Shown piece by piece: positions 36,793 through 49,492 of a stretch of 64,000 nt of DNA; the first letter of the stretch is position 1; every line of letters starts with the position of its first letter. The stretch spans positions 92,795,102 through 92,859,101 of the forward strand of contig JAUZTB010000107.1 in the NCBI GenBank assembly GCA_034780895.1. The letters run 5' to 3'. The notes below the pieces were generated by a model that was not told the DNA's origin, did no database searches, and worked only from the letters and a program-made list of their open reading frames with translations. This DNA is from Rhynchobatus australiae. Its lineage: Eukaryota. The position numbers and the translations under genes were made by a program.

Positions 36793-38314
36793 ACTATTTC
36801 TTATTAATATAACATGTTAATAATGAGCATAATTAAATCAGGAGCAGTGAAATATCCATGTTCTAGGGAGGTAAAATGCTGTTTCCTCCATCTCATTGAA
36901 AAGGTTATGGTAAACTTTTCTTTGCCTAGGATCCCAACTTGGCCATCCGGCCCTGAAATGGCACAGGCCATTCCAATCCCAGTGTCAGCATGATAAGGGA
37001 ACATTTAAGCCCAGCACAACTCCTTTGGGTTTGGTGCAGCTTTTCAACCACCCCAAAACACAACCTAACATAATTTAAGGCTTTGTCACTTGGAATGAAG
37101 AAAATGAAAGATTCTAATCTCAGATTGCTTATAGATGAGATGATGCAGCATCAAAGGGTTAATTAAAGTTAAAAAGACAGCACAGGGCCACTTAAATAAC
37201 GATGGATGTCGATAGTTTACTAACAAACATAATCTTTGGCCAAGAGTACTGACCCATATGCTGCTGTGTTATGCAGACAAAGCTTTGAATCTGTTTTTCC
37301 ATTCGGGCGGATGACTGATTTGAAAAGACATCATTGCTTCTCTCCTTCCCACAGTGCACTCTGGAAAGAGTGGTCCAAATTTATCTGGCCACACCCTGGA
37401 TGGTCGAGCAACATTACTTAAAATTCTGATTCCATAGTAGTTTAAGCTTTTAAAGCAAATAAGGAAATTTCAATCACCATTACCCATGGAATACGGCAAG
37501 ATTTTGGTGATATCATTGGTCCACAATGCACTGTGGGAAGAAGTCACATCTGACTAGAGTGGATGCAAATTGTGATTTGCCTGTCTGTAATCTGTACTAT
37601 GTGGTCAAAATAAGCATTCTGTTCACCAATAAACAATTGAAACTTGTGGCTCCAGAATGTACACAGTTTCCCTCCAAAATCAAAGGTTTAATACAGTGAA
37701 TGACACTTCCATCAGACTATGCTTAAGTGTGATGACTTGCATATTACAACACCAAAGCTGGAAAAATAATCAGTCATGTCAGCAACACACTATACAAATT
37801 AACAGGGGTGAAAATAGCAACATTAAATTCATTCTAATGTACTGCATGGATTCTTCCATTTCTTTAACCAGGGAAAAAAAATGTGGCCAACACTGAGATA
37901 TTTGGTTCTCCTCTCTAGAGCAGAAGTCATGAGATTAGACAGCACATGATAAGTTATCCCGTGGTTTTCAATCCACTGGAGANNNNNNNNNNNNNNNNNN
38001 NNNNNNNNNNNNNNNNNNNNNNNNNNNNNNNNNNNNNNNNNNNNNNNNNNNNNNNNNNNNNNNNNNNNNNNNNNNNNNNNNNGACCTAGCACTATCTACC
38101 CAGTTATATCAGAGAACAAACTGAAAGCATTTGTGAATATGGTTGGGAGATTAGAGAGAAATACAAGACGTGGTCACATAGATTGTTGAGATAATGGAAT
38201 ATTCAGTATGGTACTTGTATTAATGTCAACAATGCTGGTTGATCTGATGAAGGTTATTAACCTGGGCTTATAGAGTGAGAAAATGCTCAATTTGCCAATA
38301 AATTCTTTTATTCC

Positions 38315-38745
38315 ATTGTCTTGTAGAATGTGAATATTACTGGCAAAACTGGAATTTAATGCCCCATCCTCAATGAACTCAAGTTAAGAGACACAAGCTA
38401 CCTTCTTGAACCACTTTATGTCTTGTGGTAAGGTAGGAAGTTCTAGGATTTTAACTGATTGACAGTGATATATTTCCAGTTTACAGTGGCTGGTGACTGA
38501 CAGGGGAACTTACTGGCATTCCCTTGTGCTCATTATCCTTATCCTTTCTAGGTAATAAATGCTGAAGAAATCTTGGCCTTATTTAGATGATATACACTGC
38601 AGCCAAGGTGTGCCATTGGTGGAATGAGTGAACATTCAAGGTCATGGATAGTGTGACAGTCAATCAGGTTGCTTTGTCCAGTTATGATCAAGCTTTGTGA
38701 GTGTTTCTGAAGTGGTGATTGTGCAGGGTATATGACGAGCAAACC
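38315..38745 (-). mobile_element. CR1-like LINE 3' fragment (second family)
   Basis: Colinear with 30035-30360: GAATGTGAATATTACTGGCAA, CCTTCTTGAACCACT, GTTCTAGGATTTT, GATATATTTCCAG, CAATCAGGTTGCTTTGTCC. Confidence 0.7.
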
Positions 38746-38779
38746 TTAAAGCAAGCCTGGGCCTAAAAAGGAAGTGTAT

Positions 38780-39470
38780 CATGGCTGTAGCAGGTGCTGC
38801 CAGGTATTCTGCAACTGAAAAATGGCACTGCACAAGAGAAAACACTGGAGTCCTTGGTGGAGGAGGGGCAGAGAAGGAGAGATGTGATCTCTCCACAGAA
38901 AATTCTTAGGAAAAGCAGTGTGAAAGGCAACTTTGACAGTCGATGCCTGAGATCAAACAATGAGGACCTGAATGCAGCATCAAAAAAAAGATTCAAGGAC
39001 CTTGCAAGTAGTCTGGATCAATAAATTGATCTTCAGATAACCCATTTGAACAAATTTATCATTAGACATTTACACTTGACCCTGATGGGACAAAGTGACC
39101 TAATTGATTATCGTGCTTTCTAATACTTTGAACGTTCATTCACTCCACCAATGTGCATACCACATGCCAACTCCTCAATTCCCAACACTTCCATCACTTG
39201 CCTACCCATGATACTTTGGAACTCACGCCTAACAGTCATAGATTCACTTTGCTCTCTGCCCCTTAACACTGTTGCAAGCTTTACACCCACATCTCACAGC
39301 TGGCACTCAATTAGATATTCAGCTGTGACAACCATATCATCCAGCCAGGCTGTGTCACCGACTACCCTCTCTCTCGCAGAGGCAATTACCCAGCAGAGTG
39401 CAGGGGTGGCCACACAATGTGTTGGAGGAGATGGTACCTGCCACAACTGGAGTGGTGAGTACTGAGGCTA
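38780..39470 (+). pseudogene. Harbinger-type Myb/SANT DNA-binding protein relic
   Basis: ORF 38794-39024 contains LESLVEEGQRRRDV and KKRFKDL, matching the 'LE.LV.EV..RR.VL' and 'C.KKFNDL' ends of Harbinger Myb/SANT domains; middle deleted or frameshifted; followed by C/A-rich intron-like sequence. Right boundary uncertain. Confidence 0.6.
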
Positions 39471-41044
39471 GGGGTAAACTTGGAGCTGAAATGAAAGCTG
39501 ATAATAGTATCCCCACAGCTCCTCTCTGTCCCAATCTCTTCGGAATTACAAGCTACAGATGGTATAAATATACACCCTTACTTAAACAACCCTCTTCACA
39601 CCACAGCTTGACTCTTTGGGCTATCTGTCCAAAGAGGTAACAAGATCTGCAATACAGGTGGTGATAGAAAGGATAAAGAAACATCCTCACTTAATTTATC
39701 ACTCCCAGGAGATAGCTGGACACTGGCACCACACAATTCAATGGTTAGTACAGAGGCGGGGGGTATCTTCGTGCATGAGTAGCCTGCCAGGGCAGTGGGA
39801 AAGTGCTGTGAGGCTGCCAACTCCCTGTAGGGAGAGGTGAGACATGAATTCTGGTGTCTCGGACTCTGATAAAACATTGAAGGATTAGTGGATGAGTATA
39901 CTCAGTGAAGTACTTTGTGTGTAGGCAGGCCTGCAAGGAGAAAAGTGAGAAAGAGGAAATGAGAGAAAATGTATCCCTCTTTAAAAGTGGGACCTTTTTA
40001 AGACATCAAGTGACCTACATCCTCTCTGTTAAATTTACTGTTTAGTCATTGTATTCTCAGAAGAAACAGATTAATTATCCAGCCTCTCTCACCAAAGTGA
40101 TGGTGTGTAGCCAGGTTTTGTAGAAAGCTGGTTTTCATGTTAGCAGACAGCCACTCTTCTCTACAATAACATCCTAATGGAAGTATAATCAGTGTGAAAC
40201 AATACCCATGGGCACTTTCTGGCTTCATACAGAGCTTGTGTAGGCCAGTGGTGATGCTTTCTTTACTTCCATCATTTTAATTTGGCTCCATGTGCATTGG
40301 GGAGCGTTAGGTTTAAAGAGCTCAGATCATAATGAAGTCTTTAACTAGGCCTTTCCCTCAGAGCCAGTCGATAGAAAGTGCTAAATGTTGATGCATGAGC
40401 TTAATTGTTGTGATTAATCCTTCCCAGCTTGTCACAAAGAGGCCAGATTTAATTCTTGAAGTGTAAAGATTCTTTATGACAACAAGTGCTGTCAAAACAG
40501 TTGAACAATGGACTCTTAATCCCAGCGATCTGTGGAACTAACAACTCCCTGACAGACATACTGTTGTAGAATGGGCCAGTTTTGACAATCTTGCACTCTC
40601 ACACATCCAGTGTCTCAGGGACATGTCATCTGCTTTCATCGTTAGTGGGCTAGAATTGTAACTGGAGTGTGTTTTGGAAAACTGATTCAACGCCAATCAA
40701 AATACAGATCGTGAAATGTGCAATTGTGTAATTATATTCTTTGCTGGTTTGAGGTGAAAGATTAACTGAGTGTACTAAAAGCAATGTGCAAGTTATGTGG
40801 GTGGTTGGAGAGGGGGAATAATTAACCTCAATATCAGTCACCCAGCAGCTCTCTATGATTGTTATAAATCACCATGTTTTCAACTAATCTGATTTTCAAT
40901 TCATGAAGAAGTAAAAATTCAGCTATTGATTGAAGAAAAGTAATTCTCTAATTTTATGTAGGAAAGGCTGTTCATTAGAAATCAGCTGTACATCTCAGCC
41001 ACTATCTGAAGCTATGCTAGACTAATCACAATCTGACCGTCATA

Positions 41045-41580
41045 TTGCATCCAGAACCAAGGCAACATACTCCCATCTTCATAACGTCACCTGGCTTTCT
41101 CCCTGCCTCGGATCATCGACTGCTGAAATCCTTATCCATCCTTTTGTTGCCTCTGGACTTGGCCATTTCAAGACTCTCCTGGGAAGCCTGGCACCTTATC
41201 TTCTCTGTGAACTTGAGTTCATTCAAAATTCTCCCATCTGTATCCTGAATCATACTAAGGCTGCTCATCAATTTCCTCTACTCACTCCTCAAATGCTTCA
41301 ATTCTAAGCCTCGCTTTGAAATCACCTAATAGCAATGCCACTCCTTATTTCTGTAATCTCCTCAAGCTACACAGCCCGACAAGATCTCTGATCCTATTCT
41401 GGCTCATTAGAACTCAGCACTCCTTTGAGATGCTCTTTAAAACTTACCTCTTCCACCAGGATTTTGGTCACCATTACCTGAAGTGATGCAATGCCAAATT
41501 TTATTTGATGATACTTTTGTGAAGTATTCAGGATGTTTTACTACATTAATGGTGATGTTTTACATCAAATTGCAAATTGG
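41045..41580 (+). mobile_element. L2-clade LINE 3' fragment
   Basis: CTGCTGAAATCCTTATCCATCCTTTTGTTGCCTCTGGACTTGGCCATTTCAA (cf. AETLIHAFVTSRLDYSN), TTTAAAACTTACCTCTTC (KTYLF), tail GGATGTTTTACTACATTAA. Confidence 0.75.
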
Positions 41581-42951
41581 TGTTTTTTTATTGAAATAAC
41601 AATCTTTACATTTCTCATTTCAGAAGTTAAACTATATTTCTGGCCAAGAAAATACCCCAGTGTACTTGTTTTTTTATATAACTTCAAGCCCAAAATGTGT
41701 GAATTTTATTGCATAAATGCTGAACACTCTCATAAAATAAAGGCCTTAATGCCACAGTCAAAATAACAGAACAAGGAATTTGATATAAATGCCTGAAATG
41801 TTAAATGGTAAAATTAGTGACAGTCATTTTCAGACCCATGTTTTGCTGCTCTTGTTGCTTGCCAAGAAAGTGACATTCAATTGTTTTATTGTGTTGATAA
41901 AATAGCAACTAGAAGTACTACTCTGCTATGGTACTATCATGCAATTAAAATAAAAATCAGCAGTTATACCCCGCCTCATCCCCACTATTCACCAGCATAC
42001 TTTGGAGTGGCTTTGGAATTCCTGATGCAGGGGAGCAACTTCAGCCCAAAGTGGAAGTGGGACAATTTTTACTGCGGAATTTGGTCACTACTAATCAGTA
42101 AGGCATGGGGAAGTCAAAGCTGTGGTACAAGAACTGGAATGCAAGTATTTCCTNNNNNNNNNNATTCAATGCAAATAAGAGTTCTGCCTGTAAGCAAGTT
42201 ATTACATTTTTCCTTTAATGAATGAATTAGAGTTGAGCTGCAACAGAAGATGGGAATGGCCAGGTCGGTGAGCTACTTTGCTCAGTTTTCCCTTCAGTTC
42301 ACACACATTTTCACTAAAAGTTCTCAACTATCTCCATATGTTTTCAATGTTTGCTCTCACCCACCACCACCCTCGGCTCCAAAAAAGCTTCAAGACAAAA
42401 ATAGATACTTCTGCATGGATGTATATGAAGATGCCAGTGTAAATATAGACACAGTTTAGCTGTAAGAATAATCCAGAGATTTGGCATGGTTCAGCTGAAG
42501 CTCTTTGCCAGTTTGAGTGTCAGCATTTCTCCTTTTCAGCACATCACTATGTGTGCCAAAACTGACAAACCTGACCTTTGATCTTTGAAGTCCCTCTGTT
42601 CAAGCACTGGAGATGTGATTCTAGCAAATTCCCCAGACAGCAAGTCATCAAACGGAAAAGGTGTCATTTCCACTCCCACTTCCCATCCAATTTTGTTTTT
42701 GGCTGCTGCTTTTATAGCAGATGATGCTCTAGGCTGCTTTTATTTTTGGTGCTTTGTTGACTTTAATTACAGTGCTTTAAAATGGCACAAGATCAGGAAT
42801 TGGGTCTAAGTAGCAACACAAACACATGTTCAGAGACTTGTGCATCCCTCACTCACTTAAGTCAATTTAACTGAATATTGTGGCTATGAAAAGGATTGGT
42901 TATATTGATGCAACCAATATCACAATCCAAATTGATTTTTTTAATGGCCTT

Positions 42952-42959
42952 GAGAGAGA

Positions 42960-43002
<43 letters not shown>
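42952..43002. repeat. (GA)n microsatellite, about 25 units with one interruption
   Basis: Directly visible. Confidence 0.97.
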
Positions 43003-43008
<6 letters not shown>

Positions 43009-43087
43009 CCTTGTGACACAACCATAGGCTTGCATCAGAAATGACACACCTTGGTGTTAGTCTTTGGGAGTAATGGACCTGAATTAT

Positions 43088-43300
43088 ATAAGAGGAAAGG
43101 CAATAGGAGAAGGAGTAGACCATTCTGCCCCATGACTGCTCTGTTTTTGGTTTGTAGTCCACATCAGTTACCAAAGATTCCTTACTCCTTGAGCGAAGAA
43201 ATTAAGCTCCCAGAATCTTATACATTTCAATAAGATCACTGCTCATTGCTCCAAACTCCAATGAGTGTTGGCTCCACCTGCTCAACATAAGGCAATCTTG
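43088..43300 (-). mobile_element. CR1 3' tail fragment, decayed
   Basis: ATAAGA...AATAGGAGAAGGAGTAGACCATTCTGCCCC, CCAAAGATTC, AGATCACTGCTCATT; same family as 14831-15420. Confidence 0.6.
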
Positions 43301-44589
43301 TTTTGCTCCCCATGAGTACCAGTCTAAGCATACTCAGGTCTGTCCAGTACTTGAATGAGAGGCTACCTAGATCACAGTTGTTGTAGTTTTGCTCTCTAGG
43401 AATGCACAAGACCCAAGTAGCAAACAAATGCATTTTGCATGGTATTCATTTAAAAGAAAGTGCCAATCATCACATCACAGTGCTTCTCTGACAGCAAGAG
43501 AAAGGTTTGATTTCATGAAGGCAATAGCACTTGGAAACACCAAGGAAACTGGACTAAAAAGATGTGAGACCTTTAATGCCAACTATTCCCCTGTAAGTTA
43601 AGAAAAATCCATGAAATGAGAGCTCACAGGCTGCCAGATCCAACGTCAAATGCACAAACTCTTCCACGTCAGTGATTAATTGTGTGTCAGAAGGCAGTTC
43701 AAATTGAAATACTCCAGCTAGTCACTCTGTTCATACAATCCAAACAGTCTCCTAATAGCTTGAAACATTTAGACAAGTAATTTAAAAAGACAATTATTGC
43801 AAAAATAAACTTACGGCACATGGAGTATTAGTGACTTAACTATCATTCCCCGACAAAATCAATGGCAGATGTTTGCCTTCATACTGACCAATGCAACATG
43901 AAAATTTCTGATCTCATTTCCAGAGAAAAAAATATTAAACAAACATTTTTGTTTCGATTGCTAGAAAACTAAATGGAGACTGGATTACACTGCAGAGCTT
44001 AAAACAAGGATCATTGCTGAGATTTAGATATTCACATACGTCAATCACAATGCTCATTTTTTAAAAATGGATCCATGCATTTTGAGTTCAAAAGAGAAGT
44101 GACCATCATTGAGGGGGAATAGGACATTCGATAGTACTTACAGCATCATCATTTTCCCTTGTGTTCTCCTTTTAAATGTTCCTTAAAAATCAGAAGAAGA
44201 GGCAGGAAATAGGGGAAAGAGAAATTGCCTAGCATCTCTTGTACCACATCTAAGCAAGATAAAGTTTGAACAGCCCTTTCACAGAGTGAGGGCTGAAATG
44301 GCCTCCCTATGTCATTCTATGTCTCTATCTCTAAAGTGGCTCAGTTTATTGCCTATGAAGAATAATACATTCAGGTTACCTCCAGACTAGTGGACTGAAG
44401 ATTCGCGTTCTGTTCCTGCTGATGTAGGTTGCATGAGTTCCTGCTGTGTCCTGGGGTGCCTCTGTTGTAACTAATCACTTGTAAGCCATGTAACCCCCAT
44501 AAGCATAATGGACTTACCATGCAAGTGCCCAGAGAACTTATTTGTCTCAGGTCCTCTTAGCATTCAAGTTCCACCCCCCTATAATGTAC

Positions 44590-45075
44590 ACCACATAGAA
44601 CAGTACAGCACAGGAACAGGAACAGACCCTTCAGCCCACAACGTCTGTACTGACCACGATGCCAAATTAAACTNNNNNNNNNNNNNNNNNNNNNNNNNNN
44701 NNNNNNNNNNNNNNNNNNNNNNNNNNNNNNNNNNNNNNNNNNNNNNNNNNNNNNNNNNNNNNNNNNNNNNNNNCTTATTTGCCTGTACATAAGTTATTTC
44801 CTCATTCCCTGCATGTTCATGTGGCTGTCTAAATGCCCTTTCAAATGCCACTATTGTCTCTGCTTCCACCATTAGCCCTGGCAACATATTCCAGGCACCT
44901 ACCACACTCTGTGTAAAACCCTTACCCTGCACATCTTTAAACTTTCCCCCTCTCACCTTAAAGCTAGTGTTTAATATTTCTACCCTGGGAAAAAGATTCT
45001 GACTATCTACCTTCTCACAATTTTATAAACCTCTATCAGGCCTCCCATCACTCTCCAACACTTCAGAGAAAACTT
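44590..45075 (-). mobile_element. CR1-type LINE 3' fragment spanning a 100-N gap
   Basis: Minus ORFs give WRVMGGLIEVYKIVR and RGGKFKDVQGKGFTQSVVGAWNMLPG.MVEA; tail CATAGAACAGTACAGCACAGG. Confidence 0.88.
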
Positions 45076-45479
45076 TTTGTGCAGGTCAAACTTTGACCTC
45101 CTGACGCTGAACATACTTGGTACAGGATAATTGCAAGACGTTTCAGGAGTTCTCTGCCATGCCTCCCGATTTTTTGTTCGATGTAACATCAGAGAGGTCA
45201 CTGAGGCTCTACACTCATGAAGAGATGATTTCATGTAATCTAGTTTTAGTGAAGCAAGTTTCACCTCTGGCATTGGGACTTGCCAGGATTGTTGGATCCA
45301 ATGAGTCCAGGCAGTACTTGACTCTACTGATGTGCCCATGTATTAATCCAAGTGCACCTTTAAGAAGTGAACCAGACACTGCAATTGGTTGACAGTTCCT
45401 GCTTCAATAAAGGATATTCCTCTGATATTTTTTTCCTCTGTTATTTTCCTTTACAAACAGCAAGATAAATGGGCCTACA

Positions 45480-46070
45480 GATACTATAACTTGGGCTCCT
45501 CTTCGCAACTATCTTTTATGGACAGAAAAGGATTCCATCCCTCAATATGTAGACCATTTGGATCACCAGAAGAATTTACTGAGGGCCAATGGCACTGTTT
45601 CTAGGAAGCAGGTACAGCTCGTTAATCATGAGAGAGTTTGCACTGCCAGACATTTTCAATGGCCACGACTGCCCTGAGGTATGGATCCTGGGGGACTTTG
45701 CTATCCTCTATATCCCTACCTCCTATCATCAATGCATTTTCCAACCATATCAGCTGAGTGCAGGTACAATGAGAGCCACTAAATTGCAAGGATAGTAATG
45801 GGAAATGCCAGAGGTCTCCTGAAGATAAAATTCTCCTATCTCCATCAGAGCAAGCAGATGCTGAGACCTCATTGTTGTGTACTACATGCTGCACCATCTT
45901 GGAAACAGAAGGCAGCAGCCAGTGCTGGAGGAAGAGCAGCAAGGAGACCCAAAGCCACGAAGCTGAGCTTGGAGAGCCGCAGGAGCAAGAGGAGCAGGCG
46001 GGGGCATGTCCCTGCACAAAGTCCACAGACTCATCTCCCAGCTGAGTGGAGGATTCAGGCATTGTTTACA
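45480..46070 (+). pseudogene. PIF/Harbinger (HARBI1-like, DDE_Tnp_4) transposase relic
   Basis: Ordered motifs across frames: DRKGFH (45521-45538), FLGSRYSSLIMRE (45598-45636), WILGD (45682-45696), RYNESH (45762-45779, then TAA), GLLKIKF (45813-45833), CCVLH (45873-45887), then an acidic low-complexity tail. May extend upstream to about 45100. Confidence 0.85.
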
Positions 46071-46089
46071 CAGGATACAATAAACTGGA

Positions 46090-46395
46090 ATCATAGAGTC
46101 ATATATACATAGAAACAGGTCCTTTGGCCCACTGAGGCTTCACCAACCATTAAACATCCATTTACACTATACCTAAACTAATCCCATTTTATTCTCCCCA
46201 AATTCCCATCAACTCATCTACAAAATAGGGAAATTGGCAGTGGTCAATTGACCTACCAACCCGTACATCTCTGGAATGTTGGAGGAAATTGGTACACCCA
46301 GAGGAAGTGCACACAGTTACCAGGAGAACTCCATACAGCCAGCACCGGAGGTTAACGTTGAACCTGGGTCACTGGAGCTCTGATGCAGCTGTGCC
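46090..46395 (-). mobile_element. V-domain SINE with CR1-derived tail (second subfamily)
   Basis: Tail CATAGAAACAGGTCCTTTGGCCCAC; V-domain CTGGAATGTTGGAGGAAATTGGTACACCCAGAGGAA; head GTTGAACCTGGGTCACTGGAGCT. Confidence 0.8.
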
Positions 46396-46550
46396 AGCTG
46401 ACTCTTAGACAGAGAAATGTTTTTCTTAAGGAGCCTGTAAAACCATCATCCCCAATGCAAGTTAAGTGACCCTCTCCTTATTTCATTGGTATTTCATCAA
46501 TACCATCACACACTAATATCCAGGCAGGGGAGCACAGATGACACAATAAG

Positions 46551-46840
46551 GTAAGATAAGCTATCTCTATTAGTCACATGTACATTGAAACACACAGTGA
46601 AATGCATCTTTTGTGTAGAGTGTTCTGGGGGCAGTCTGCAAGTGTCGCCACACTTCTGGCGCCAACATAGCAATGCCCACAACTTCCTAACCCGTACATC
46701 TTTGGAGTGTGGGAGGAAACCGGAGCTCCTGGAGAAAACCCACGCAGACATGGGGAGAACGTATAAACTCCTTGCAGACAGCGGCTGGAATTGAACCCGG
46801 GTCACTGGTGCTGTAATAGCATTATGCTAACCGCTTCACA
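46551..46840 (-). mobile_element. V-domain SINE (HE1-like), near full length, little decayed
   Basis: TGTGGGAGGAAACCGGAGCTCCTGGAGAAAACCCACGCAGACATGGGGAGAACGTATAAACTCC; B-box GGAATTGAACCC; A-box region GCTAACCGCT; paralog of 14521-14830 and 29395-29630. Confidence 0.92.
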
Positions 46841-46934
46841 AGTCCACCTTCACTGATTGAAAGACATCAATATATGATCCTCTGATCCAATAGTTGACAT
46901 AGTTTGCTGCAACTGTTTTCAGTGGTCAGCAGCT

Positions 46935-47205
46935 AAGGTGATTGGAGGAAGGTATAAGGGGGATGTCAGGGCTAAGGTTTTTTACACAGAGAGAGGAGGG
47001 TGCGTGGAATGCACTGCCTGCAGAGGTTTTTGGGACAAATACATTAGGGACATGTAAGAGACTCTTAGATAGACACATGAATGATAGAGAAATGGGGGGG
47101 GGGCTCTGTGGTAGGGAAGGGTTAGATAGATCTTAGAGCAGGACAAAATGTCAGCACAATGCTGTGGGCCCAAGGGCCTGCACTGTGCTGTAATGTCTAT
47201 ATTCT
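46935..47205 (+). mobile_element. CR1-type LINE 3' fragment
   Basis: ORF 46942-47136 RFFTQR..GAWNALPAEV...KRLLDRHMN; tail GTGGGCCCAAGGGCCTGCACTGTGCTGTAATGTCTAT. Confidence 0.88.
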
Positions 47206-47419
47206 AATTTCAGGGACCTCAAATCAGTATTAGTGCACCAAAATAGGTGAAACTCCAATGTTTAAACAAAAGATGTTCTGTACAACAACAACCTGGTCAA
47301 AACAAAGACAGCATAATAGGATGTTCCTGGCTGCTTTACATGTATGAAATGAAGTGAGGAAAACCCTCCACCTACAAGGAGCATTTACTCAATTCCAGGT
47401 AGAAGACCGTCAATTTAAG

Positions 47420-47541
47420 AGACACAAGAGACTGCAGATGCTGGGATCTGGAGCAACAAACAATCTGCTGGAGGAACTCAGCAGGTCAGGCAGATGCTGC
47501 TTGGCCCACTGAGTTCCTCCAGCAGATTGTTTGTTGCACTA
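47420..47541. mobile_element. Palindromic Penelope-type mini-element with 10-bp target-site duplication
   Basis: Perfect 29-bp inverted repeat (47453-47481 / 47509-47537); starts AGACACAAGAGACTGCAGATGCTGG; TCAATTTAAG at 47410-47419 and 47542-47551. Penelope assignment from recall. Confidence 0.8.
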
Positions 47542-49492
47542 TCAATTTAAGGCAGGACTGCAGTGAATAGATAAGAAACTGGATGAATTGTCGGAAAAGA
47601 ATGTTTGAAGTGTCATGTCTAAATGGGGAAGGGCTGAAGAGCTGCCTCAAGATTCATTTGTTGATAGCACCCTGGGTGTGAAGTTACATCTATATCCTGA
47701 ATTCAGAAACTCATTACCATATATTCAAGTTTGCACATGATACCAAACTAATGGGGACAGTGGAGATGGTAACAGGACTTCAGAGAAAACTAATGGAGAA
47801 AGACAATATTAAAATTTAGACAGAACAGTGAGGAATGAAATCTCTGCAAGAATTTTACACACTAAAGAGGCTGTTGTGTCCATCAATAACTTATCAATTA
47901 AGAACAAGACATCTACTTTCAATACATAATAAATGTTTCACAAAAGGCAAAAATAACTGGACACTAAACAATGGTGGGAGAAGAATAAGAGATAAGAAAT
48001 AAAGCTGTGATCAAAATGTTCTGATAAATTTTCCAGAAGAGAGGCTGCTAGGATGGCATGGATATGTTGAACCAAGTGGACGCATTCTATGCTATAGATT
48101 TCTGTGATCCTACGATTCAAAAGATGCCAAAGTCACTGAGAAAGCAATGGTTGGCAAGGACATTCTCAACTCAATGGGCAGGATGAAACACGACAAGGAA
48201 GGATTTGGTGAAAAAGTGATTTGGGAGAGATGCACGGAGATGCATGACCACGATTTGTTAGGAAAAAGAAAATGTTATGCTGTCCTAATCGAGACATCAT
48301 ACCATGTTGTATATGGCTCCATGATTTCTTTTACTTTCACTATTTTATTCCAAAACTTTAGTCCATATATCATTCTCTCTTTGTGTGATGAACTGTTTAC
48401 TGACATCAGTCTTACATTTATATTTTAAAAGGTTGACAGTAGCTTAAAATCATTTTGTCTACTGTGTGAAGAAAGGTTCTAAATTTACCTTGTCTATCCC
48501 GGTTGCTCTTATTTATATCTCTATTAGCTTGGATAGCTCATTTTAAAAGCCAGAAACAAAGTGTTTCTGCAGCTTTTCCTAATAACAGTCCTCTGGTATT
48601 AGGGATCATGCCCAAACACCATCTTTAATGTCTCCTTTTTGCTTAAGAGAAATATCTTAAAATGGTGCAGTTATTGGACAATGTTACTTGAATTTACCAT
48701 TTAATATTTGAGGACATGACAATTGTGGGAAGAACTGTGACGACTGATAGCGTGTTGTCTGTTTGTCCCTTAAATAAGACCACACATGTGAGAATGTGAG
48801 TAAAAAAAGCCACATTTTGTTTGATAAATATTTTATCTCAACATCTTAAAATGTTCTTGCTTCTTTCATTTTTAAAAAATATTTCATTAAGATGTCTGCA
48901 AATGGAGTTCCAAGAAGAAAGAAAATTCCATGCCATTCAAATTATTTGATTTGCCTGCATTTCGTCCAAAGATTCAGATGAATTTTTGCTATTCTGATTT
49001 TATTAATTTGCACTGAGCAACTGATTATTGGCTAGGGACAGGCTACACTCTCTGCTTCATGCCTTTTCATTCCCCCTTGACCACTGCACCTTATTCGCTG
49101 TGTGCCTAACTGCATAATTATTGGTGCAGAAATCCTTTCCCTCTTCAATGTAAAACAATAGGGTCAAGTTCACCTCAGTGATCAGTCATGAGGTTCAAAA
49201 TGGTCATTTCACCTCAGCACAATATAACTCCTCAGAATTCTTTTCTCTTGCTCTTTACCTAAATCTTTCCTTCCAATCCCACTTTAATTTTCAATATTTT
49301 ATTAATTTTAGCCTTGGCGATGGTAAAATATTAGATATGTGGACGATAGTCACTACCTTTTTCACTGAAGCCCTTTAAAGGTTTGTAACATTCACTTAAC
49401 TGCTTCACAACAAACAAAAATGATGAGAGTCTTTTTCAGGTACAAATTTCACATCATATGTCAGTGATAATGATTCTGATCCTTGTTCTGAT

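Noticed and set aside
46790-46840. tRNA gene suggested by A/B-box sequence
   Set aside because: It is the tRNA-derived head of a V-SINE, continuous with the SINE body; same at 14765-14825.
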